From the NCBI GenBank assembly GCA_020833255.1, contig JAJHQR010000002.1, positions 1 to 60,007 on the forward strand: a DNA stretch of 60,007 bases, read 5' to 3'. Within the stretch, counting starts at the first letter, position 1; each line of letters begins with the position of its first letter. The position numbers and the translations under genes were made by a program. The stretch comes from Desulfurococcaceae archaeon. GTDB taxonomy: Archaea > Thermoproteota > Thermoprotei_A > Sulfolobales > NBVN01. Under the pieces are notes generated by a model. That model worked only from the letters and a program-made list of their open reading frames with translations. It was not told the origin of the DNA and did no database searches. Shown here one piece after another: positions 36,503-43,469 of the stretch.

Positions 36503-38365
36503 TTGAGTGGGGTGTGTTCCGTGGTCTTCGGGTTTAGCGGGAAATTACTGGATGTGGACTTGAGTAAGGGGGAGGTAAAGACTATCGGGTTAAGAGAGGA
36601 TTGGAGTAGACTCTACGTTGGGGGTTCAGGCTACGCTACCAGACTCCTCTATGACCTGATAAGTAAGGAGACCGAGCCCTTATCACCAGATAACGTCCTC
36701 GTGATAATGACCGGGCCTTTCGTCGACACGTTCCCCATAAGTCCTAAGACAGCTTTCGTCACTAAATCCCCACTTACAGGATACTTAGGTAAGTCTATGG
36801 TCGGCGGCTCGTTCGGCGCGATGCTTAAGAGGGCAGGGTTTGACGGAATCGTCTTGAGAGGGGCTTCAAGAAAGCCTGTATACCTGGCAGTGATAGATGG
36901 TCAGGCCGAGATTAGGGACGCCTCACACCTGTGGGGTAAGGACGTTCTAGAGACTTCTAAGATAATCAAGGAAGAACTGAATAATCAGAAAGCTAAGGTA
37001 GCGGCGATAGGTCCTGCAGGGGAGAACTTAGTTAGGATTGCTGCCGTGATAACGGATGAGAGGAGAGCTGCCGGGAGAACCGGTGTCGGGGCTGTTATGG
37101 GTTCTAAGAAACTGAAGGCTATAGCCGCTTACGGTAGTAGGAAGGTTAATGTCTACGATAGGGAGAGGTTAGTGCACTTAATGAGGGAACACTTAGCCGC
37201 ACCTCTCAAATCTCCTAGAGGTATTGGGTTAAGGTCTTACGGGACTTCAGGAGGCTTAATCAGTTACGCCATGGACGGCAACGTACCGATAAAGAACTGG
37301 ACTAAAGGGGTTTTCGACAAGGTAGATAACATAACTGGGCAAACCCTGCAGAAAGTCTATAAGTCGAGAGGCGTTGCCTGCGGTACTGAGGTAGTGTGCT
37401 CTATTCAGTGCCATAAAGAACTCCAGGTAAGCGGGGTTAGCGAGGAGTGGGAGAAGTGTCCTGAGTTTGAGACTCTAGCTCTCATAGGAACTAACTTAAT
37501 GATAGGTAACGGCGAGAGTCTCGTAAAGATAAATAGGCTCTGCGACAGGCTAGGTTTAGACACCATATCTACTGGAGGGGTCATAGCTTGGGCTATGGAA
37601 GCTTACGAGAAAGGACTTATCAGAGCTGAGGACCTAGGTTTTGAGCTTAAGTGGGGTGACGGGGAAGCCGTTCTGAGACTAGTGGAGATGATCGCGTATA
37701 GGAGAGGCCTAGGTGACGTACTAGCTGAGGGCGTTAAGAGAGCCTCGCAAAGGATTGGTCCGGAAGCTGAGAAGTTCGCTATACACGTTAAGGGTCTTGA
37801 GCTACCGGCACACCACCCGAGACGGTATCACTCTATAGGATTAGCTTACGCTACCTCAAACATCGGGGCAAGCCATCTCCAAGGCATGACCATGCTGGTA
37901 GAGAGAGGGATACTGCTACCGGAGTACGGTATCTCCGAAATACCTAAAGACATTGAGTCTAAGGTTAGGGTCACGATAATCCATCAAAACCTGTGCGCTT
38001 TCCTAGACTCAGCAGGTCTCTGCAAATTCGGTGTTTTCGGTATCGTAGACTTCAATAAGATAGCTGAGGAATATAAGGCTATAACAGGTATTGAAGCGTC
38101 TAAGGAAGACATACTGATGGCTGGTGAGAGAATATGGTATCTTGAAAGACTCTTAAACCTGAAGCTAGGTCTTAGGGTTGAGGAGGACACGCTGCCTAAG
38201 AGGTTCGTAGAAGAACCTCTTGAAGAAGGACCTATAAAAGGAGTGACCTGCCCGATAAACCAACTACTAGAGCTCTTCTACCGCTACAGGGAGTTAGACC
38301 CTCGGAACGGTTACCCAAGTGAGGAGAGGATAAGGAAGCTGGGGCTGGATATATCAGTTAGTTGA
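36503..38365 (+). CDS. aor: Aldehyde:ferredoxin oxidoreductase family tungsto/molybdopterin enzyme
   Basis: About 615 aa. The N-terminus GFSGKLLDVDLSKGEV, GGSGYATRLLY, the ITDERRAAGRTGVGAVMGSKKLKAI block and the C-terminal DSAGLCKF motif match the family. The likely start is the GTG at 36521. Confidence 0.9.
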   Translation: MSGVCSVVFGFSGKLLDVDLSKGEVKTIGLREDWSRLYVGGSGYATRLLYDLISKETEPLSPDNVLVIMTGPFVDTFPISPKTAFVTKSPLTGYLGKSMVGGSFGAMLKRAGFDGIVLRGASRKPVYLAVIDGQAEIRDASHLWGKDVLETSKIIKEELNNQKAKVAAIGPAGENLVRIAAVITDERRAAGRTGVGAVMGSKKLKAIAAYGSRKVNVYDRERLVHLMREHLAAPLKSPRGIGLRSYGTSGGLISYAMDGNVPIKNWTKGVFDKVDNITGQTLQKVYKSRGVACGTEVVCSIQCHKELQVSGVSEEWEKCPEFETLALIGTNLMIGNGESLVKINRLCDRLGLDTISTGGVIAWAMEAYEKGLIRAEDLGFELKWGDGEAVLRLVEMIAYRRGLGDVLAEGVKRASQRIGPEAEKFAIHVKGLELPAHHPRRYHSIGLAYATSNIGASHLQGMTMLVERGILLPEYGISEIPKDIESKVRVTIIHQNLCAFLDSAGLCKFGVFGIVDFNKIAEEYKAITGIEASKEDILMAGERIWYLERLLNLKLGLRVEEDTLPKRFVEEPLEEGPIKGVTCPINQLLELFYRYRELDPRNGYPSEERIRKLGLDISVS

Positions 38366-38374
38366 GGTTCGCGT

Positions 38375-38593
38375 ATGCCCACTATCAAGGTAAGGGTATA
38401 CCCAGATCTCGAGAATGTCGTGACCGTGGAGGTTAACACTTTAGTAGTTAAGGAAGTTCTGGAAGTCCTTAAAGATTTGCTGAGGCTTCAAGGACAGTAC
38501 GCCATAGTGAAGAACGGCAGGATCTTAAGTAATGACGAATATATAAGCGACGACGATGATATAACATTGATTCAAGTAGTGGAAGGAGGTTAG
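38375..38593 (+). CDS. MoaD/ThiS-family ubiquitin-like small protein
   Basis: 72 aa ending in the diagnostic C-terminal Gly-Gly (..VVEGG). Confidence 0.8.
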   Translation: MPTIKVRVYPDLENVVTVEVNTLVVKEVLEVLKDLLRLQGQYAIVKNGRILSNDEYISDDDDITLIQVVEGG

Positions 38594-38603
38594 GTAGTGT
38601 AAG

Positions 38604-38915
38604 ATGCTCGTGATTAACGCGAAGGAAATAACAGACTATCTAGTACCTAAGCCTGCTGAAAGAGAGCTGAAGGTGGTCCTAGCGCCTCAATTAGGTAATT
38701 ACGATAAGGCAACAATATTGTTATCTCTCATCCCGCCGGAGAGTAGTACAGGACTGCATCAACACGGCTCAGACGAGATAATGTATGTTGTGAGCGGTGA
38801 GGGTGAAGCAATAGAGATAATTGGAGGTAAGCAAACAATAACTAAGGTTAAGCCAGGCTACGTAACACAGACCACGTCCGGAATACAGCACAAGATCAGG
38901 AACACACCGGATTAA
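38604..38915 (+). CDS. Cupin-domain protein, apparently frameshifted near its 3' end
   Basis: Cupin motif 1 is GLHQHGSDEIMYVVSGEG and motif 2 is ..GIQHKIRN. The ORF stops right after motif 2. A +1 frame continues with a cupin-like tail (GLTALKLFCYAFSP..) to 38965. Confidence 0.7.
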   Translation: MLVINAKEITDYLVPKPAERELKVVLAPQLGNYDKATILLSLIPPESSTGLHQHGSDEIMYVVSGEGEAIEIIGGKQTITKVKPGYVTQTTSGIQHKIRNTPD

Positions 38916-38941
38916 CAGCCCTAAAGTTATTCTGTTATGCG

Positions 38942-39125
38942 TTCTCACCGTTTCTCGGTAGGTAGTGGTTCGTTTTAAGACTCCCCACCACCTACTTCCC
39001 AACGGTCTCTCCGAGCCCCCTCACCGCAGTAGCTCACCCCTGTCGCCAGAGGCTTCAAAGCCCTATGGATCTCGGAAGCCCGAAGACACCAATTAAACAC
39101 AAGCTTCTGAGCATATAAATCTGAA
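38942..39125 (-). repeat. Copy A of the ~150-nt structured end module plus adjacent promoter-like stretch (solo or miniature derivative of the TnpB-like element)
   Basis: The reverse complement aligns by hand with 41768-41949. TTTAATTGGTG (11/11) and CTACCGAGAAACGG (14/14) are identical, and roughly four-fifths of positions match in between. The terminal hairpin arms are 38958-38968 and 38985-38995. Confidence 0.75.
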
Positions 39126-39286
39126 ATCATGAAGAGACGTAGTCTAGACAAACACACAACATCAACGCACCTCACAACATTAAGAAGTCTTAGACATCAA
39201 TAAATACGAGCACTGTAAATGAATGTAGAGCTGAAACAGCCCATACTTAAATTTCACTCTTCAGTTTAAGATATTTGGTGTGACTC

Positions 39287-39472
39287 GTGAGTAAGCCGGC
39301 GCTGGAAGTTGTTGAGGAAGTCTTAGTTGAGGGCGGTAAGAGGTATAGGGTAAGGCTAGTTAACACGAACATAACGTTCAATGTCTCGGCAAACAATCCT
39401 GAAGAAGCTGTTGAGAAGGCCGCTGAGCTAGCTCTGAAGTTAGGGCTTGTCTCTCCTCAGAAAACTCAGTGA
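39287..39472 (+). CDS. Small hypothetical protein
   Basis: 61-aa ORF with a GTG start preceded by GGTG. The composition looks protein-like (MSKPALEVVEEVLVEGGKRYRVRLVN..). No family recognised. Confidence 0.4.
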   Translation: MSKPALEVVEEVLVEGGKRYRVRLVNTNITFNVSANNPEEAVEKAAELALKLGLVSPQKTQ

Positions 39473-39500
39473 TTACGGGGAACGGGTCTTCAGCCGTGGC

Positions 39501-40256
39501 CTACCTCGGAGCTATCCAGGAAGTTATGTTCACGCCTTCCTCGCTTGAAAGACTTATTTTCAGCGGTAGTGAGGGACCGAATTCTATAGTTGCTACGTCG
39601 AAGATCGTTAAAACAGGTAGGACCGCCTTAAGCAAGTCTACGTCGTACGTGCTGGTAGCGGTTCCCGGAGTATTAGAGGTTAGTTCGAGGAGGTGTTTAC
39701 CTCTCTCGAGAACTATCCTGTATTCCCTCCCCTCACTTAAGGAAGTGAATTCCACAGCGTCTTTAGAATACTTTATGGTTAGCTCCTCACCAACCAGCTT
39801 AACATCCTTTATTATTCTCTGAAGTATTGAGGTCTCAACCCTGATTATTACCGGCAACTCTACCTGTATGGGGTCTACAGGACCTTCCAACCCGGCGATC
39901 CTTATATCGTAACTCCTCTCAACACCTGACTTACTATTTATTAACTTAGCTTTAACGACCCCGCCCCCCTCCTCATACCCTAGCTGTATGACGTCATTCC
40001 TACCAACCTTCTTAAGAACCTTACCAACCTCATCCCTCTCTAAGGTAAGATCATTAACACCGCTCACACCATACTCCGCGAAAGAACTGCTAGGAATACT
40101 TACCTCTACCAAAACACTCTTATCCGGACTCAAACCCCTTATCAAAAAACCCTCGTCAGAAACCCTGAGAGGGACGTCACTAAGAGGCTTAGTAGAACTC
40201 AACACGTACTTCCTGAAAAGCAAACCTTCTGAATACTTAATATTGAACACGCACAT
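39501..40256 (-). CDS. pcn: DNA polymerase sliding clamp (PCNA)
   Basis: About 250 aa from the ATG at 40256 (MCVFNIKYSEG..), ending in the typical ..WIAPR. A TATA-like TTATAATTATATTTT lies about 30 nt upstream. The ORF-track extension to 40343 is hydrophobic and probably not translated. Confidence 0.9.
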   Translation of the reverse strand: MCVFNIKYSEGLLFRKYVLSSTKPLSDVPLRVSDEGFLIRGLSPDKSVLVEVSIPSSSFAEYGVSGVNDLTLERDEVGKVLKKVGRNDVIQLGYEEGGGVVKAKLINSKSGVERSYDIRIAGLEGPVDPIQVELPVIIRVETSILQRIIKDVKLVGEELTIKYSKDAVEFTSLSEGREYRIVLERGKHLLELTSNTPGTATSTYDVDLLKAVLPVLTIFDVATIEFGPSLPLKISLSSEEGVNITSWIAPR

Positions 40257-40353
40257 CACCAGCCAAAGACTCAGACCCAAAATATAATTATAACCTAGAC
40301 TTAAAAACAGCGAACGCGTAGAAACCAAAAACACTGAAACCATGAGAGAATAG

Positions 40354-40428
40354 TGGGCCCGCGGGGACTCGAACCCCGGACCTCCGCCGCGTCAGGGCGG
40401 CGTCCTAACCAGGCTAGACGACGGGCCC
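40354..40428 (-). tRNA. tRNA-Val (anticodon GAC)
   Basis: The minus strand reads GGGCCCG TC GTCT..AGGAC G CCGCC CTGACGC GGCGG AGGTC CGGGG TTCGAGT CCCCG CGGGCCC A. This folds as a full cloverleaf of 75 nt with no encoded CCA. A TTTAAAAG box lies about 27 nt upstream. Confidence 0.9.
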
Positions 40429-40665
40429 TAAATAAATATTGATATAACTTTTAAAGTTTTTGTTACGTGGTGAGGTCTTGATCTCACACGCTACTCATTC
40501 CGGAAGCTATGGCTTATAAGCTTAACGTGATTATGTGGTGCGGCGGTTTGATGAGGAGCGATTCGGTTAGGGAATTGCTGGTGCGTGGCTTCAGCGACTT
40601 CAGATCCGTGCTTAGAGGTAACGTTGGGCTGTTTCGGTCTTCATAATCATTTGTAGTACTCATAT

Positions 40666-41757
40666 TCATTGATTTCTGAGACCTCTTAACGCTATTAGAT
40701 ATGCTGATGCTGTGTGTCTGTCTATTCCATATCTCTTCATAGCTTCATCATGTTCTTCAGAATTTGTTGTTCCTTTTGGGTCTACATATTTAGCTTCTAT
40801 GCCATATAGCGGTGCTTTCAACGCTATCATCTCGATGACAGAGCTCCTGAAGACTGAGACCTTGTAGTTGTAGTTCTCATGTTTTCTATCGCCGTCTCTA
40901 ACCCATAGAAGCTTTAGCTTGCTGAAAACCTCTGGATTCTCTAAAAACAATATTTTAACGTTGTGATGATAGGCGTAGCTAAGCATTTCACGAATCTTCG
41001 CACCTATAATGCTTCTAGCGTTCCTCCTTGAAAACCCTCTAGCCACTGCCTCTGAGAACCAGAAGGTTTTGCAGTCCCGCAGGTTCCCTTTCTCATCAAT
41101 TATTGCTAGGTTTAGCCTGTCTACATTTACATCTATACCGCCTATGAGACTACCTTTAGATTCTCTGTATCTTGTCATGTGATTGTAGTAGAAGTCTGTA
41201 GGTATTGTTATCTGAATTTCTCCACGAACCCATAGATTATATTTTCTAATGCCATAGCTCTTCACAGCTACTCTACCTGTGTACTTTTGTCTCTCCTCTA
41301 ACATTTTGTCTAGGAGAGGCTCGTAGCTTTTTGGTATGATGGGCTCCACCACGTCTCTGTAGGTGTTTTTGTTGTAGTCTACTGTTGTTATGTGAAACTC
41401 AAGACCTGATTTGAGAGTGATGTTTCTTGCTGGATACTCTAACTCGCTCTGCTGAAACAGCAGCCAGTTAGAAAGCTCAACACTTTTTAAATCTATCCTA
41501 AATTGTCTGCATGACTCATAGATACTTCTAACAAGTGTTACAACACTGTCAGCATACCTCCTATTAGGTATGATCTCGTAGGCTATCTCTCTAAAAGTGT
41601 TCTTCCAGCCAATATCAGTAGCTGGAAGAACAGGAAAGTGTTTAACAACATTAAGCAATCTATGCGTAGCGATCTTAAATAGCCAAGCAGTAGACAAAAG
41701 CCTCTCCGCAACATCACAACAGACATTAAATGGAAACACGAGCGTTATATAGGTCAT
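40666..41757 (-). CDS. tnpB: TnpB/IS605-OrfB-like RuvC-fold protein lacking the zinc ribbon
   Basis: 363 aa. It has RuvC-I GGIDVNVDRLNLAIID (D209), RuvC-II KILFLENP (E273) and the block NYKVSVFRSSVIEMIALKAPLYGIEAKYVDPKGTTNS. RuvC-III is GIDRHTASAYLIALRG (D346). No CxxC pairs lie between E273 and D346. Confidence 0.6.
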   Translation of the reverse strand: MTYITLVFPFNVCCDVAERLLSTAWLFKIATHRLLNVVKHFPVLPATDIGWKNTFREIAYEIIPNRRYADSVVTLVRSIYESCRQFRIDLKSVELSNWLLFQQSELEYPARNITLKSGLEFHITTVDYNKNTYRDVVEPIIPKSYEPLLDKMLEERQKYTGRVAVKSYGIRKYNLWVRGEIQITIPTDFYYNHMTRYRESKGSLIGGIDVNVDRLNLAIIDEKGNLRDCKTFWFSEAVARGFSRRNARSIIGAKIREMLSYAYHHNVKILFLENPEVFSKLKLLWVRDGDRKHENYNYKVSVFRSSVIEMIALKAPLYGIEAKYVDPKGTTNSEEHDEAMKRYGIDRHTASAYLIALRGLRNQ

Positions 41758-41800
41758 CTGGGGAATCCCCGGTAAGGTTTATAAGCTCTCAAAGCTTACA

Positions 41801-41949
41801 TTTTAATTGGTGACTCCGGGTTTCCGAGACCCGTAGGGCTGTGAACCCTAGGCGACTAGCGGTGAGCCACTGCGGTGAGGGGGCTCGGGGAGACCGTTGA
41901 GAAGCAGATGGTGGATGAACCACCATCTACCGAGAAACGGCGGTGATAA
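41801..41949 (+). ncRNA. Copy B of the structured end module; candidate scaffold RNA transcribed outward and divergently from the tnpB-like gene
   Basis: A TTTAATT box sits at 41802-41808. Stems are 41864-41868/41882-41886 and 41906-41914/41920-41928. Substitutions relative to copy A keep pairing only on this strand (G:U wobbles). There are no conserved ORFs, and indels separate the copies. Confidence 0.4.
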
Positions 41950-42431
41950 GAGGTCTTGAGTTCAACGGGTTGAGGTTCAGCGAGTACCTAGTCAACTCTT
42001 CAGCTCTAGGTTATTTAGGGATTCCAGTAATTTTCCTGGCCGGTGACGAGAACCTAAGGACTGAAGTAGAGAGGTATACGCCCTGGGTAGTTTTCACTTC
42101 GATGAAAGAATCGTTGAGCAGGTATTCAGCTAAGAGTCCAGCGCTAAGCAAGGTCTTGAGGGATCTAGAGTCGGGAATTAAGGAAGGGTTGAGAAGATAT
42201 TCCGAAGGCTTAACGAGACCTCTAACGATAGAAACCCCCGTCACCGTCAGGGTGAGCTTTCACGAGAGCGGGTTCGCCGACATCGCGGAACTCTTGCCGA
42301 TCGTGAGGAGGGTTGATGGCGTGACCGTGGAGTACAGAGCGCAGAACCCTCTAGAAGCCTACAAAATACTGGAAGTCTTGATAATGGCTTCCCATGGCAT
42401 AAGACTAATAACTGAGGTTCAGTTGAGGTAG
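41943..42431 (+). pseudogene. 5'-truncated D-aminopeptidase DppA-like (peptidase M55) fragment
   Basis: 162 aa align to roughly the C-terminal 60 percent of M55 proteins (GLEFNG..LGYLGIPVIFLAGDENL..). The N-terminal ~110 aa are missing, the frame is closed by a TGA at 41916, and homology starts exactly at the element boundary. Confidence 0.55.
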
Positions 42432-42490
42432 GTGTTGCGAGGACTCCATATCAACAACCCCCTACGAGAGCTGGACGTGAAGGTCCTGCC

Positions 42491-43432
42491 ATGATCAAGT
42501 CACTCATCAAATTCGTTGAGGACCCTGAATTCAACTTAGCCAAGCTCTTCCACCCTTCGTTCTTGCTACCGCTGATTTCGATATCTAGCAACGGTTTCAG
42601 AGCTGTTAAAGAACACGGATACTGCAGAGGGACTGAGTTAGTGATTGATGGAAACAAGCTCTACGCTTTAAGTGATTCGATTGAGTGTATTCAGTACTCA
42701 CGATACTTGTCTGGTTCATGGTATGACGCAAGGGATTACCTAGAAGAGGTCCACGAGGACTTCAAAGACTTAGTAAGCGAGATGATTCCTTTATACACCG
42801 ACGTAAGCATCGCTACATCCCCGTTAGACGACCTAGAACTCTTCACGTCCATAATCCTCTCACGTAATACCGACTACCACAGGAACACTGTGAGATGGGT
42901 TAAGAAAATCCTTGAGTCCTTCCTCTCAATAGAATCATTGATCAACGCTGAACCGCTCTCCCTAGCTACTGGAATCAGCGGCAGCTACCAGGTACTTGAG
43001 TTGCCGAAGACCTTGCGTTGCTATTTAAGGATAAGGAATTCCTTGAGTGGGTCTCCGGAGAGTTCGCGAGCCCTCCTAACGTGCCCTGGCGTAGGTCCTA
43101 AGACTTTATATGCTTACATGCTCTTCGTGAAGCTAAACCCCAGCTACGCCCCGATAGACACCAACATGTTAAAATTCCTTAATAGGTTGAAGGGTTTAAG
43201 AGAGGTCGCCAAAAAGCTAACACCTCCAGCCAAAAACTATTGTCTTAGGTATGTCTGCGACGAGTGCCCGGTGAGGAAGACGTGCGTTGAAGCGTTCTTA
43301 AGAAGTAGGCTGGGACGTTTAAGCGGTTGGTTCCAGACCGTTGTTTTCCTACATAGCAAGACCTTCTGCTTGAGTAGAGGGTGTGGTAAGTGCCCGTTGT
43401 CTAGGGAGTGTTTGATTGGTATGAGAGCTTAA
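42491..43432 (+). CDS. HhH-GPD superfamily DNA glycosylase with a duplicated C-terminal Cys motif
   Basis: Helix-hairpin-helix LTCPGVGPKTLYAYML followed by the catalytic Asp in APIDTN. Two C-x4-C-x2-C-x5-C motifs are present (C251-C265 and C293-C307). Confidence 0.7.
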   Translation: MIKSLIKFVEDPEFNLAKLFHPSFLLPLISISSNGFRAVKEHGYCRGTELVIDGNKLYALSDSIECIQYSRYLSGSWYDARDYLEEVHEDFKDLVSEMIPLYTDVSIATSPLDDLELFTSIILSRNTDYHRNTVRWVKKILESFLSIESLINAEPLSLATGISGSYQVLELPKTLRCYLRIRNSLSGSPESSRALLTCPGVGPKTLYAYMLFVKLNPSYAPIDTNMLKFLNRLKGLREVAKKLTPPAKNYCLRYVCDECPVRKTCVEAFLRSRLGRLSGWFQTVVFLHSKTFCLSRGCGKCPLSRECLIGMRA

Positions 43433-43469
43433 TAGCGTGCTTAACAGAATTATGTAAAGGGTTAGGTAG

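Larger units (their letters stand above)
40465..41949 (-). mobile_element. IS200/IS605-like (IS1341-type, tnpB-only) element. The right boundary is well supported; the left boundary is uncertain.
   Basis: A visibly AT-rich block carries a TnpB-like ORF with no tnpA. The outer end at about 41946-41949 is defined by where homology to copy A stops. It lies next to a tRNA gene and abuts a truncated gene. Confidence 0.55.

Noticed and set aside
39233-39243. 11-mer GAAACAGCCCA shared with the minus strand at 40626-40636
   Set aside because: Many exact 11-mer matches are expected by chance in 2 x 60 kb. The surrounding similarity is only about 60-70 percent, so it is treated as weak supporting evidence only.
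39469-39822. 117-aa plus-strand ORF overlapping PCNA
   Set aside because: It is antisense to the PCNA frame, which ends in the diagnostic WIAPR.
40257-40343. 29-codon N-terminal extension of PCNA in the ORF track
   Set aside because: The extension is hydrophobic, has no counterpart in PCNA and would swallow the TATA box. The ATG at 40256 gives a normal ~250-aa PCNA.
40509-40646. 45-codon plus-strand ORF (MAYKLNVIMWCGG..) converging on the tnpB-like gene
   Set aside because: It is short, has no recognisable family and lies in the probable element tail. It is kept only as a note in the finding on that region.
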